A stretch of DNA of 32,000 bases, taken from contig NC_014033.1 of assembly GCF_000025925.1 (NCBI RefSeq), positions 870,001-902,000 of the forward strand, written 5' to 3'. Both the position numbers and the translations under genes were made by a program. This DNA is from Xylanibacter ruminicola 23. Its GTDB lineage: Bacteria > Bacteroidota > Bacteroidia > Bacteroidales > Bacteroidaceae. Positions 1 to 9,563 of this stretch are shown here, piece by piece (position 1 is the stretch's first letter; each line of letters begins with the position of its first letter). The notes under the pieces are model-generated. The model was not told where the DNA came from. It saw only the letters and a list, made by a program, of their open reading frames with translations, and made no database searches.

Positions 1-298
1 TACAGTGGATACCTTCGGCAGCGAGGTTACGCAGACTCTCTTTGTAAACCTCGATCTGGTGATCGCGATCGGGACCGCCGTATTTGATTGTTTCAACAAC
101 GGGTAGCGATTCTACTACGCTCCAGCGCATGCCGTAGCTCTCGATGTACTCGCGCAGGTCGCGAATCTTCTCACGAGTCCAAACCTCGCCAAGGGGTACA
201 TCGTGCAGGGCGGTAACAATGCCCTCAACACCGATTTGTCTGAGTTGTGCAAGAGTAATCTTATCCTTCTTGCCAAACCATCTCCATGTTCTTTCCAT
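1..298 (-). CDS. uxuA: Mannonate dehydratase, N-terminal part (gene runs off the left edge)
   Basis: Reverse-strand translation from the ATG (complement of 296-298) reads MERTWRWFGKKDKITLAQLRQIGVEGIVTALHDVPLGEVWTREKIRDLREYIESYGMRWSVVESLPV.... This matches the conserved UxuA N-terminus (E. coli UxuA starts MEQTWRWYGPNDPVSL..., from memory). It is absent from the ORF track because it is open at the window edge. Confidence 0.85.
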   Translation of the reverse strand, partial: MERTWRWFGKKDKITLAQLRQIGVEGIVTALHDVPLGEVWTREKIRDLREYIESYGMRWSVVESLPVVETIKYGGPDRDHQIEVYKESLRNLAAEGIHC

Positions 299-338
299 AA
301 TTAGTTATTATTTTGATTTGCTATATTTTTTGATGCTG

Positions 339-346
339 CAAAATTA
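339..346 (-). promoter_or_regulatory. Candidate Bacteroidetes -7 promoter box (TAATTTTG on the minus strand) upstream of uxuA
   Basis: Plus-strand CAAAATTA is the reverse complement of TAATTTTG, which fits the TAnnTTTG consensus. It lies about 41 nt upstream of the uxuA ATG in an AT-rich gap. Confidence 0.35.
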
Positions 347-380
347 CGCATTTATTGGTAAATGAGGTTGTGTTTTTAGC

Positions 381-1847
381 TCATTTCTTTGTTGATTTGT
401 ACTTTTTTAGCTTATTTCCCATGATTAGATCGCGAAAATCGTATGGTTTGCTACCGTTAGGTGCTATAGTAGAGGGGATGCTGGCTGCTTCGCCCTCCAT
501 ACCGTAGCGGTTCATGGCCGTAACGGCGTAATACAAGGTGCGACCCTTATGGGGTACGGTAATCGATAAATCACGCTGACGGGTAGCAATCAGGTTTTCG
601 GGATTGTTCACATCCACGGGAAGTGTTTCTGAGGCATAGACATTATATAATAGATAGTCGGCACCCGAATAGTCGGTAGCCTTCTGCCACGATATCATAT
701 CGTTGATCATACCGCGTTTCATCTGCAAATGGTTAACTGCCGAAGGCGCTTGCTTGCCTGCCCACGTCATAGGTGGAATCAAGGCTGGCACCATATTAAA
801 GTCGCAGGTAAAATCGTAGATACCTTTGGTATTGTCGGTAAAGAACTTACTGCGGAAGAAGGTGTGCCCCAGTCCCAAGTCGCGTAGCACATTCATCTCG
901 CGGGTAATCACATCCAGATTCCAGTTCTTTTCGCGGGGATGCATCATGTAAACAGCCAGGCCTGGAGCTACCATACGTCCGTAGCTATGCTCCAACCAAT
1001 CTACCGCAAAGGGGAAGAAGTTATTGCCCTGAAAATACATCATCGGGAACAGGGCATCCATCAGTCCGTCGCGCAGCCAACCTTGGGCATCCTGACAGAC
1101 GGTAGTGTTTGCATTCCAACCCGAGCTTTTGTAACGAGTTAGGTCGTCGTATTTTCCTATAGGCGAGCAAGATAGCTTAATCCATGGTTTTAAACCTTTA
1201 ACTGCACGATTAATCTTGCGAACGATGTCGGTAATGTACTGTCGACCTTGTGGACGCGACACCTTCAGCTTCCAGGTTTCGGGGTAGCGGATGTAATCCA
1301 GATGGATGCCATCTACATCGTAATTGCGGGTAACTTCGGCACAGAACTGGGCCAAATAATCGCCCGTTTGTGGCTTTTCGGGATCCATATATCCCTCGTC
1401 GCCAATCTTACGAATCAGCGATGGGTATTTCTGTCGGAGCTGCTTACAGCCTGTACCGTTCCATTTTCCAACGGGGATGGTAACAATCCAAGCGTGGCAC
1501 TCCATACCGCGACGATGGCACTCGTTAATGCAGAACTGCAGCGGGTCGTAACCAGGCGATTTACCAGGATGACCGGTAATACAACCGTCCCAAGGCTCAG
1601 TGGTGGTTGGGAAAATAGTGGTGGCACGTACGCGGGTTTGTATCAGTACGGTATTGATACCAGCCTGCTGCAGTTGGTCGAGAATCGAAATCAACTCGCG
1701 CTGCTGGGTAGGTGTAGAGTAGGAGTGAGGCCAGTCGATACCGCCAATGGTGGTTAACCAAACGGCTCTGACTTCATGTTTTGGTGTATTCGCTTTGGTA
1801 CTTAGCACAAGTGCTAAAAGCACGAAAATATGTATAATTGTCTTCAA
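381..1847 (-). CDS. Secreted glycoside-hydrolase-like family 10 (GHL10/DUF187, YngK-like) protein
   Basis: 488-aa ORF with an N-terminal signal peptide (MKTIIHIFVLLALVLSTKA). It has the EVRAVWLTTIGGIDWP motif and a TIM-barrel-like core (GIHLDYIRYP) typical of family 10 glycosylhydrolase/DUF187 proteins. Confidence 0.7.
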   Translation of the reverse strand: MKTIIHIFVLLALVLSTKANTPKHEVRAVWLTTIGGIDWPHSYSTPTQQRELISILDQLQQAGINTVLIQTRVRATTIFPTTTEPWDGCITGHPGKSPGYDPLQFCINECHRRGMECHAWIVTIPVGKWNGTGCKQLRQKYPSLIRKIGDEGYMDPEKPQTGDYLAQFCAEVTRNYDVDGIHLDYIRYPETWKLKVSRPQGRQYITDIVRKINRAVKGLKPWIKLSCSPIGKYDDLTRYKSSGWNANTTVCQDAQGWLRDGLMDALFPMMYFQGNNFFPFAVDWLEHSYGRMVAPGLAVYMMHPREKNWNLDVITREMNVLRDLGLGHTFFRSKFFTDNTKGIYDFTCDFNMVPALIPPMTWAGKQAPSAVNHLQMKRGMINDMISWQKATDYSGADYLLYNVYASETLPVDVNNPENLIATRQRDLSITVPHKGRTLYYAVTAMNRYGMEGEAASIPSTIAPNGSKPYDFRDLIMGNKLKKYKSTKK

Positions 1848-1875
1848 AATGATATTTTTTTTGATAATTTTGGTG

Positions 1876-1883
1876 CAAAGTTA
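1876..1883 (-). promoter_or_regulatory. Candidate -7 box (TAACTTTG on the minus strand) for the GHL10-like gene
   Basis: Plus-strand CAAAGTTA is the reverse complement of TAACTTTG. It lies 29 nt upstream of the minus-strand ATG at 1847. Confidence 0.4.
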
Positions 1884-1915
1884 CTTTATTTTTTCCATTT
1901 CTCAAATAAAAACAC

Positions 1916-1923
1916 TACTTTTG
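1916..1923 (+). promoter_or_regulatory. Candidate -7 box (TACTTTTG) for cstA
   Basis: Matches TAnnTTTG about 34 nt upstream of the cstA ATG at 1957. It is divergent from the box at 1876-1883. Confidence 0.4.
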
Positions 1924-1956
1924 CACAAAAATAATTCAAAAAATAGCTAAAGAAAG

Positions 1957-3417
1957 ATGATTTCATTTGTATTGAGTCTCGTTGCTCTTGTGATAGGCTA
2001 CTTCTTCTATGGTCGCCTGGTAGAGCGTGTGTTTGGTCCCGACGACCGTGTGACTCCAGCTGTTGCCAAAGCTGATGGCCTAGACTACATCGTACTTCCT
2101 TCATGGAAAATCTTCATGATTCAGTTCCTGAATATTGCTGGTACTGGTCCTATCTTTGGTGCTATCATGGGAGCCAAGTTTGGTCCTGTAGCGTATCTGT
2201 GGATTGTTTTTGGATGTATTTTCGCCGGTGCCACCCACGATTATCTGTCGGGCATGCTGTCTATGCGTCATGATGGTGCAGGTCTGCCGGAACTCATCGG
2301 TCAGTATCTGGGCAAGACCACCAAGAATATCATGCTGGTGTTCACCGTGCTGCTGCTCATTATAGTAGGTGCGGTGTTTGTCTATTCGCCAGCCGAGATT
2401 CTGCATTCTATAGGTGGTGACACCCTTATGTGGATTATCATCATTTTCAGCTATTATGTCATTGCCACTATGTTGCCTATTGACAAGATTATCGGAAAGA
2501 TATATCCGCTCTTCGCCTTCTCGCTGCTGTTTATGGCAGCTGCGCTGATGGTGTGGTTGTTCCTGCACTGGCCCACAGTGCCCGAGCTCTGGAACACCTT
2601 CTACAACCTTGGTGCCGCCACCCATCCTGATACCTGGAAGGATAACATCTTCCCAGCTTTGTTTATCACCATTGCCTGTGGTGCTATCTCAGGTTTCCAT
2701 GCTACACAGAGTCCGCTGATGGCCCGTTGCGTAAAGAGCGAGAAAATGGGTCGCCCCATCTTCTACGGCGCCATGATTACCGAGGGTATCGTGGCACTTA
2801 TCTGGGCTACAGTAGCATCGTGGTTCTTCTATGGTACCCCCGCTCCAGGCTATACGCTGATTGAGCAGGCTACTGCTGGATTCCATACTTCGGCTCCTGC
2901 TGTAGTAAACTTGGTTTGTAACGAGTGGTTGGGTGTTGTTGGTGCTATCCTGGCTATGTTGGGAGTAGTTGCTGCACCTATCACATCGGGTGATACTGCT
3001 TTCCGTTCGGCCCGACTGATTGTTGCCGAGTGGTTAAAGATGAATCAGCGCCCCATCCCTAAGCGCTTGCTTATCTGTATCCCCTTGTTTGCCATCTCTA
3101 TCGCTATGCTGGTTTGGCAGATTGAGAATCCCGATGGTTTCAATACCATCTGGCAGTATTTTGGGTGGAGTAATCAGGCACTCAGCGTGTTCACACTCTG
3201 GACCATCACCGTTTATCTGGTTCGCAACAACAAGTGCTTCTGGCTTACGCTGATTCCTGCCTTGTTTATGACTACCGTTTGCTCAACCTACTTCTTTGTG
3301 TCGAAGCAGTTCCTGGGTCTTGGCAACGATGGTTATCCTTATGGCGCAGTTTGTCTGGGTGTAGCTATCGTATGGTTTGTATTATGGTATCGAAAGAATA
3401 ATAACTTAAAACAGTAA
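1957..3417 (+). CDS. cstA: Carbon starvation protein A family transporter
   Basis: 486-aa polytopic membrane ORF. The N-terminus MISFVLSLVALVIGYFFYGRLVERVFGPDD and the FLNIAGTGPIFGAIMGA motif are characteristic of CstA. Confidence 0.85.
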   Translation: MISFVLSLVALVIGYFFYGRLVERVFGPDDRVTPAVAKADGLDYIVLPSWKIFMIQFLNIAGTGPIFGAIMGAKFGPVAYLWIVFGCIFAGATHDYLSGMLSMRHDGAGLPELIGQYLGKTTKNIMLVFTVLLLIIVGAVFVYSPAEILHSIGGDTLMWIIIIFSYYVIATMLPIDKIIGKIYPLFAFSLLFMAAALMVWLFLHWPTVPELWNTFYNLGAATHPDTWKDNIFPALFITIACGAISGFHATQSPLMARCVKSEKMGRPIFYGAMITEGIVALIWATVASWFFYGTPAPGYTLIEQATAGFHTSAPAVVNLVCNEWLGVVGAILAMLGVVAAPITSGDTAFRSARLIVAEWLKMNQRPIPKRLLICIPLFAISIAMLVWQIENPDGFNTIWQYFGWSNQALSVFTLWTITVYLVRNNKCFWLTLIPALFMTTVCSTYFFVSKQFLGLGNDGYPYGAVCLGVAIVWFVLWYRKNNNLKQ

Positions 3418-3920
3418 TGATTATGAAAAAGTTGATGATGGCTGCTATCGGCCTGATGATGGCAATCGGTGCTAACGCACAGTATCTGAACGATTCTCAG
3501 AAAGTTTTCTCTCAGGATAAGTGGTATGTAGGCGCTTCGCTCTCAGGTTTGGATCTGAACTATCATAAGGGTAGCGACTGGATTCTGGATGTACACGCTA
3601 AGGGTGGTTATCTGATTGCCGACGACTGGATGATTACTGGTTTGGTAGGTTATCAGGCTCAGACCGATTTCCCATCGGTGGTACAGCTGGGTGCCGGACT
3701 GCGTTATTACTTTGAGAGTTGCGGTGTGTATGCTGGTGCTACAGCCAAGTATGTACATTGCGACGACTTCAGCGATTTCCGTCCTGAGCTGAGCGTAGGT
3801 TACGCTTACTTCCTGACAGGTAAGCTCACTATTGAGCCTGAGGTATATTACGAGCACAGCACCAAGGATTCTGACTACTCAGGATTCGGCGTACGTCTCG
3901 GATTCGGAATTTATTTCTAA
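3417..3920 (+). CDS. Small outer-membrane beta-barrel protein (about 8 strands)
   Basis: Signal peptide MKKLMMAAIGLMMAIGANAQ (the real start may be ATG 3423). The sequence has alternating hydrophobic/aromatic beta-strand patterns and ends in the beta-signal GFGIYF with a terminal Phe. Its start overlaps the cstA stop (TAATG). Confidence 0.6.
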   Translation: MIMKKLMMAAIGLMMAIGANAQYLNDSQKVFSQDKWYVGASLSGLDLNYHKGSDWILDVHAKGGYLIADDWMITGLVGYQAQTDFPSVVQLGAGLRYYFESCGVYAGATAKYVHCDDFSDFRPELSVGYAYFLTGKLTIEPEVYYEHSTKDSDYSGFGVRLGFGIYF

Positions 3921-3965
3921 AATCAAAATAATAGTAAAATAGTTAAAAAGTAAAATTTAAAATTA

Positions 3966-4817
3966 ATGTTAAGTGTTGATGAATTGGTTGACAGACTGAT
4001 AGATCTGTCGTTTGCCGAAGATATAGGCGATGGCGACCACACTACCTTGTGCTGTATCCCCGAGGATGCAATGGGTAAGAGTCATCTGCTGATTAAGGAA
4101 GATGGTATCTTGGCAGGAGTAGAAATTGCAAAAGAAGTGTTCCACCGTTTCGACCCCACCATGCAGGTTGAGGTGCTGATGCAGGATGGAACCCGCGTAA
4201 AGAAAGGCGATATCGCCATGATTGTTTCAGGAAAAATCCGTTCGCTGCTTCAGACCGAGCGTCTGATGCTGAATATCATGCAGCGCATGAGTGGTATTGC
4301 CACCATGACCGATAAGTATGTGAAGCGTCTGGAGGGTACCAGCACCCGTGTGCTTGATACCCGTAAAACCACACCTGGTATGCGTATGCTCGAGAAGCAG
4401 GCCGTAAAGATTGGTGGTGGTTGCAATCACCGTATCGGCTTGTTTGATATGATTCTACTCAAGGATAACCACGTAGATTTTGCCGGTGGTATCACTAACG
4501 CTATCGATCGCTGCCATAAGTATCTCGATGAGAAGGGCTTGAACCTGAAGATTGAGATCGAGGTTCGCTCGTTCGATGAGTTGCAGCAGGTACTCGATCA
4601 CGGAGGTGTGGATCGTATCATGCTCGATAACTTCAGCGTGCCCGATACCAAGAAGGCGGTTGATATTATCAACCATCGTTATGAGACAGAATCGAGCGGC
4701 GGTATCACCTTCGATACCATTCGTGATTATGCTGAACAGGGTGTAGATTTCATCAGCGTTGGTGCGCTCACACACTCTGTTAAGGGACTCGACATGAGTT
4801 TCAAGGCTTGCGACTAA
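3966..4817 (+). CDS. nadC: Nicotinate-nucleotide pyrophosphorylase (carboxylating), also called quinolinate phosphoribosyltransferase
   Basis: 283-aa ORF with typical NadC motifs: DIGDGDHTT, TERLMLNIMQRMSGIAT, DTRKTTPGMR, KDNH and MLDNF. Confidence 0.9.
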   Translation: MLSVDELVDRLIDLSFAEDIGDGDHTTLCCIPEDAMGKSHLLIKEDGILAGVEIAKEVFHRFDPTMQVEVLMQDGTRVKKGDIAMIVSGKIRSLLQTERLMLNIMQRMSGIATMTDKYVKRLEGTSTRVLDTRKTTPGMRMLEKQAVKIGGGCNHRIGLFDMILLKDNHVDFAGGITNAIDRCHKYLDEKGLNLKIEIEVRSFDELQQVLDHGGVDRIMLDNFSVPDTKKAVDIINHRYETESSGGITFDTIRDYAEQGVDFISVGALTHSVKGLDMSFKACD

Positions 4818-4827
4818 TATTATAATA

Positions 4828-6558
4828 ATGTATATGAAAAGAAAACTGATACTAGCAATTGCGCTGATGGCCGTAATGGGCGCATCGGCATGTACTAACT
4901 TTATTGTTGGCAAGAAAGCCAGCGCCGACGGTTCGGTGTTTGTAACTTATAATGCCGACTCGTATGGCGCATTCATGCCCCTCTATCACTATCCCGCAGC
5001 CAAGCATCAGCCTGGCGATATGCGTAAGGTGTACGAGTGGGATACAAACAAGTATCTCGGTGAGATAGCTGAGGCTGCCGAGACCTATAATGTGATTGGT
5101 AACTCTAACGAGTGGCAGGTAACTATCGGTGAGACTACCTTTGGTGGTCGCCACGAGATGGCCGACTCAACAGGTGTTATCGATTATGGTTCGCTTATCT
5201 ACATCGCCCTGCAGCGTTCTAAGACTGCTCGCGAGGCCCTGCAGATTATGACTTCGCTCGTTGAGCAGTATGGTTACTACTCTGAGGGTGAGACCTTCTC
5301 TGTAGCTGATAAGGACGAGGCTTGGATGCTGGAGATGATGGGCTGCGGTCCTGATCGCACCAAGTCGAAGGAGCGCACCGTTTGGGTAGCTGTACGCATT
5401 CCCGATAACGCAGTAGCAGCTCACGCTAACCAGAGTCGTATCACCAAGTTCCTGGATGGTCGCTATGTACAGGTAAAGATGAAGGACCTGTTTGGTAAGA
5501 AGTATGCCGTTAACGGTAAGAAGCCTGTTCCCAACCTGATGCTTTGCTCAAGCAATGTGGTAAGCTATGCACGTGCGATGGGCTGGTTTGATGGTAAGGA
5601 TGCCGACTTCAGCTATAATGCTGCTTACGCTGCTCCCGACTTCTCGGGTCGTCGTTTCTGCGAGGCTCGTGTTTGGAGCTTTTTTAACCGCTTTGCCGAC
5701 GATTTCTCGGAGTATGTTCCCTATGCAGCCGGTAAGGAGAAGAACGCTAAGGAGATGCCACTTTGGATTATCCCTAACAAGAAGGTAACCATCCAGGATC
5801 TGCGCGATGCTATGCGCGATCACTACGAGGGCACACCATTCGCTCTCGATACCAATATCGGTGGCGGTATCTATCAGATGCCTTATCGTCCAACACCTCT
5901 TACATTCAAGGTGGGCGAGCAGGATGTATTCAACGAGCGTCCTATCTCAACCCAGCAGACTGCTTGGAGCTTTATCTCACAGATGCGTAGCTGGATGCCT
6001 CGCGAGGTTGGTGCTTGCTTCTGGTTTGGTAACGACGATGGTAACATGGTGGCTTACACACCTATGTACTCTTGTATCACACGTCGCCCCAAGTGCTTTA
6101 CTGAGGAGGGTGCCGATGACGTAACTTTCTCGATGGACAATGCTTTCTGGGTATGCAACTGGGTTAGCAATATGGTTTATCCTCGTTACTCACAGTTGTT
6201 CCCAACCCTGCAGGCCGTTCGCGATTCGCTCGACGCTTCGTATGCTCAGCTTCAGCCTGAGATCGAGGCTAAAGCCCTCGCATTGCCTACAGCCGAGGAG
6301 CGTGTGAAGTTCCTGACTAATTACAGCTGCAAGAAGGGCGACGAGATGATTGCCCGTTGGCAGAAGCTGGCCTTCTTCCTGATTGTGAAGTTTAACGATA
6401 TGGCCATTAAACCAACAGATGCCAACGGCACTTTCCTGCGCACACCTTATGGACATGGTGCACGTGCTGAGCGTCCTGGTTATCCTGAGCAGTATGCGCG
6501 TGATTTGCTGAAGCAGACAGGCGACAAATATCTTGTACCAGCGGAGGAGAAGAAATGA
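4828..6558 (+). CDS. C69 family dipeptidase (secreted)
   Basis: 576-aa ORF. A signal peptide ends ...GASA and is followed directly by CTNFIVGKKASADGS, the N-terminal nucleophile Cys motif of peptidase family C69. Confidence 0.85.
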   Translation: MYMKRKLILAIALMAVMGASACTNFIVGKKASADGSVFVTYNADSYGAFMPLYHYPAAKHQPGDMRKVYEWDTNKYLGEIAEAAETYNVIGNSNEWQVTIGETTFGGRHEMADSTGVIDYGSLIYIALQRSKTAREALQIMTSLVEQYGYYSEGETFSVADKDEAWMLEMMGCGPDRTKSKERTVWVAVRIPDNAVAAHANQSRITKFLDGRYVQVKMKDLFGKKYAVNGKKPVPNLMLCSSNVVSYARAMGWFDGKDADFSYNAAYAAPDFSGRRFCEARVWSFFNRFADDFSEYVPYAAGKEKNAKEMPLWIIPNKKVTIQDLRDAMRDHYEGTPFALDTNIGGGIYQMPYRPTPLTFKVGEQDVFNERPISTQQTAWSFISQMRSWMPREVGACFWFGNDDGNMVAYTPMYSCITRRPKCFTEEGADDVTFSMDNAFWVCNWVSNMVYPRYSQLFPTLQAVRDSLDASYAQLQPEIEAKALALPTAEERVKFLTNYSCKKGDEMIARWQKLAFFLIVKFNDMAIKPTDANGTFLRTPYGHGARAERPGYPEQYARDLLKQTGDKYLVPAEEKK

Positions 6559-7199
6559 GCACATTGAAAGCCGCACTCTTCGACCTCGATGGTGTAGTAT
6601 TCGACACAGAACCCCAGTATTCTATTTTCTGGGGTTCTCAGTGTCGACTCTATCACCCCGAACGTCCAGGTCTGGAACACGAAATTAAAGGTCAGACGCT
6701 CACACAGATCTACGATCAGTGGTTCAGTGGTCCGTTGGAGAAAGAGCAGCCTGTAATCACAGATAGACTTAACGAATACGAGAGCCACATGCATTACGAT
6801 TATATCGAAGGCTTCGAACAGATGATTGCCGATTTGCGCAGTCATGGTGTTAAGACTGCTGTTGTCACCAGCAGCAATCTGCCCAAGATGCAGGCTGTGT
6901 ATCGTTATCAGCCCGAATTCAAGAACCTGTTCGATGCTATTCTCACCAGCGAGGATTTCGAGCGCAGCAAGCCCGATCCCGATTGTTATCTCAAAGCCGC
7001 CACGCGCTTGGGTGCAAGCACCGATGAGTGTATTGTTTTCGAGGATAGCTTTAATGGTCTGCGTTCTGGTCGTGCTGCCAATATGAAGGTAGTGGGACTG
7101 GCAACCACCAATTCGGCAGAGTCGATCAGCGAATTGTCCGACATCCAGATATCCGATTATCGGAATATGGACTTTAACCAACTTTCCTCTCTACTTTAG
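6555..7199 (+). CDS. HAD-IA family hydrolase (beta-phosphoglucomutase-like phosphatase)
   Basis: N-terminal DxDG motif (ALFDLDGVVFDTE), then VTSS, K...PDP and FEDS motifs. The start overlaps the dipeptidase stop (ATGA). Confidence 0.8.
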   Translation: MSTLKAALFDLDGVVFDTEPQYSIFWGSQCRLYHPERPGLEHEIKGQTLTQIYDQWFSGPLEKEQPVITDRLNEYESHMHYDYIEGFEQMIADLRSHGVKTAVVTSSNLPKMQAVYRYQPEFKNLFDAILTSEDFERSKPDPDCYLKAATRLGASTDECIVFEDSFNGLRSGRAANMKVVGLATTNSAESISELSDIQISDYRNMDFNQLSSLL

Positions 7200-7254
7200 G
7201 GAATTCCCCATTGTGGTTTATGGATTTTCCTTTGTAGGAGTAAGCTAAATTATC

Positions 7255-7262
7255 TAACTTTG
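7255..7262 (+). promoter_or_regulatory. Candidate -7 box (TAACTTTG)
   Basis: Matches TAnnTTTG 20 nt upstream of ATG 7282 and 53 nt upstream of ATG 7315. Confidence 0.4.
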
Positions 7263-7281
7263 CAATATCAAAAATAATCGA

Positions 7282-7824
7282 ATGTCTAACAAAAAAAATA
7301 GAAAGGGTACAATTATGAAGAAGCTCTACACAACACTGATGATCGCGATGATGGGATTGATGACACTGTCGTTCACCTCTTGCGAAACCGATGAGGAAAT
7401 CGCTTACGATCTCGAAGGCACATGGGTTGGCAATATGTCGATTGCCGATGCTTATGGTGAGGCGTATGTTGATTCAGAAATCACATTCCTGCGATACTCA
7501 AACTCTTACACTGAGGGTAATGGTCTCTGGGCCGATTATTATGGACCACGTGACTACGAGGTATATCGTTTCGAGTGGTATGTTGATTTTGGTACCATTT
7601 ATATCCGCTTCGAAGATGGCGCTCGTGTAGAAATCCGTAGCTACTCTTTGAACTCAAATCGATTCCGTGGCCGCTTCTGGGATGGCGACAAGGAAGTAAG
7701 CTTCGAGCTGCGTAACTCTACTCGTAAATACGACTACGACTACAACTGGGGTGGCAGTCACTATCGCACCCGCAGTGCAGCCGATGCCAACGAGGCTCGC
7801 CCCACACATCCCCGCATCAAGTAA
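7282..7824 (+). CDS. Hypothetical lipoprotein
   Basis: Lipobox MKKLYTTLMIAMMGLMTLSFTSC. The more likely start is ATG 7315, since the first 11 codons are basic filler. It is aromatic and acidic-rich and I recognise no family. Confidence 0.55.
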   Translation: MSNKKNRKGTIMKKLYTTLMIAMMGLMTLSFTSCETDEEIAYDLEGTWVGNMSIADAYGEAYVDSEITFLRYSNSYTEGNGLWADYYGPRDYEVYRFEWYVDFGTIYIRFEDGARVEIRSYSLNSNRFRGRFWDGDKEVSFELRNSTRKYDYDYNWGGSHYRTRSAADANEARPTHPRIK

Positions 7825-7843
7825 ATGCAGTTTTCCCCTAATA

Positions 7844-7880
7844 CTAACCCCGCTTTACTATCATAGTAGAGCGGGGTTAG
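7844..7880. terminator. Bidirectional stem-loop between convergent genes
   Basis: ctaaccccgctttactat / atagtagagcggggttag form a stem of about 16-18 bp with one G-U pair. TGTTTGGG follows on the plus strand. It sits between the stop at 7824 (+) and the stop at 7911 (-). Confidence 0.6.
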
Positions 7881-7910
7881 TGTTTGGGTAAATTTGAGGT
7901 ATCTGGGATA

Positions 7911-9347
7911 TCAATCTAAGCGGGTGATGATGGGCATGGTCCACTCGTTATGAGCGATACGATCAACAGGGTTGTAGATACGGAAGATGAGATGGAAGTC
8001 GTCAGCAGGTGCAGGCAGCCAGTTATCGGGATGGTCTGTATCCGGTTCGTGCGAAACATAAATGTCGAGTGAACCATCATCATTGCGCTTCCAGTTGTCG
8101 CGGTCTGTGATATTATAGCGATTCTGCTCGTTGTCGTAGAGGAAGTTGTCTTCGCCATAGAGGGTCACACTCCAGAAACCGTAAGGCTTTGTTTCTGGCC
8201 AGTTGTCAGAAGTTATATGCAGACGATAGCGATGGTTGCCATTAAGGTGCTGTCCGTCGGCATCAACGTTGGCGCGTGGATAAACGGCTACGCTTACAGG
8301 ATTGGCTGCGAGGGCTGCCACAGCAATAAGAGCACGATAATAGTATTCGGTACCGAACTCTGCAATAGGTTCGCCATAGAACTGCCAAGAGCCATTGGGC
8401 TTAACAAACTGCTGACTGCGTGGCGTTGTGATAGCGATAATATTGGTTACGAGGTTTTTCCACAATGTCTCTGCCTCACTGCCGAAGATAGAAGCGTCGA
8501 ATTTCAGACCAGGACCTACATTGATACGCTTAAGGTCGGCCAGCCATTCGGCATCTTCTTTTGCTGGTGGATTGGTGAGCATCAGCTCATTGGCGCGAGC
8601 AAAGAATTTGTCCATAGGCATCGTCATGATGTAATCCACAGGAGCTTTAAAGTCGTAATCAGGGTTGTAGGTACCCTTACCTGTATATTCTGCGCCGGTA
8701 GTCAGGAAGTCGTTCAGCATATAGGTACGCATCTCGTCCTGGATAGCATGTACGTTGGACAGGTCTTCCTTACCCTTACAAACTGTACGCAGCAGCATCC
8801 ACACATGGTCGGTAGGGCTGGCGATATGTGTCATGTTGGCTGGAACGTCGCCTTTGAATTTGGGGCCTGTAAAACAGTAGTATCCATATTCGCCCTCGAT
8901 ATCGGTGGCTACAGGAGCTGCTATACAGTTGCTCCAGGCATCAAGAATCTGAGCCAGACAGAAACGGTCTGTGTGAGGCAGGCGCAACACGAGTGCATCT
9001 CCTGAGAGGTCCATCATCACCTGTGTGTAGTTAGTGTCCACGTTAGGTGTCACCACCTCTTTGGTATTGGCGTTGGCCAGCACGCGGGCGTGAATCAGAC
9101 GGTTGGGGGGTGCCTGCTGACCAACGGGCTCAACTACGTTAGTCATATGAATATAGGTAGCGTCCATAAGCATCAGCGGCAGTGCATAGACGTAGGCTCG
9201 CTCAAGCAAATCGGCCTTCTCGGCATCGGTTAGATTTTTTGACGCATTAGCGGGATTGTCGGAATAGGTATTGCATCCTGTGGCGACAATGGTTGCAAGC
9301 AGCATCATGGCTGCTGTAGCAAGGTTGTGAATTAGTTTTGTTTTCAT
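7911..9347 (-). CDS. DUF1254/DUF1214 two-domain lipoprotein
   Basis: Lipobox ...LLATIVATGC. The motif ERAYVYALPLMLMD is DUF1254-like, and GFWSVTLYGEDNFLYDNEQNRYNITDRD is DUF1214-like. Confidence 0.75.
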   Translation of the reverse strand: MKTKLIHNLATAAMMLLATIVATGCNTYSDNPANASKNLTDAEKADLLERAYVYALPLMLMDATYIHMTNVVEPVGQQAPPNRLIHARVLANANTKEVVTPNVDTNYTQVMMDLSGDALVLRLPHTDRFCLAQILDAWSNCIAAPVATDIEGEYGYYCFTGPKFKGDVPANMTHIASPTDHVWMLLRTVCKGKEDLSNVHAIQDEMRTYMLNDFLTTGAEYTGKGTYNPDYDFKAPVDYIMTMPMDKFFARANELMLTNPPAKEDAEWLADLKRINVGPGLKFDASIFGSEAETLWKNLVTNIIAITTPRSQQFVKPNGSWQFYGEPIAEFGTEYYYRALIAVAALAANPVSVAVYPRANVDADGQHLNGNHRYRLHITSDNWPETKPYGFWSVTLYGEDNFLYDNEQNRYNITDRDNWKRNDDGSLDIYVSHEPDTDHPDNWLPAPADDFHLIFRIYNPVDRIAHNEWTMPIITRLD

Positions 9348-9389
9348 ACTGAATAAATTTGATTTATAGTGATATTTTGTTTATGGCGG

Positions 9390-9397
9390 CAAAGATA
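9390..9397 (-). promoter_or_regulatory. Candidate -7 box (TATCTTTG on the minus strand) for the DUF1254/1214 gene
   Basis: Plus-strand CAAAGATA is the reverse complement of TATCTTTG. It lies 43 nt upstream of the ATG at 9347. Confidence 0.4.
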
Positions 9398-9527
9398 TGA
9401 AAATAAATTGAAAAAACAAAATATATAAAGAAAAAATTAAACATATAAACCACTGGGTGGTAGATGGATGTAACTCGCATAAATAAAGAAAAAAGTATTT
9501 TCCTTTGGTTATTCGCATAATTTGCAG

Positions 9528-9535
9528 TAACTTTG
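9528..9535 (+). promoter_or_regulatory. Candidate -7 box (TAACTTTG) for map
   Basis: Matches TAnnTTTG 29 nt upstream of ATG 9564. Confidence 0.4.
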
Positions 9536-9563
9536 CACCCGATTATATATATAATAAGGTGAA

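Noticed and set aside
144-365. 73-aa plus-strand ORF at the left edge
   Set aside because: It is antisense to the clearly recognisable uxuA N-terminus and then runs into AT-rich intergenic DNA. It resembles no protein family.
6480-7181. 233-aa minus-strand ORF covering almost the whole HAD hydrolase gene
   Set aside because: The plus strand carries the canonical HAD motifs (DLDGVV and others) and fits the operon overlaps. The antisense ORF has no motifs and looks like a codon-bias shadow ORF.
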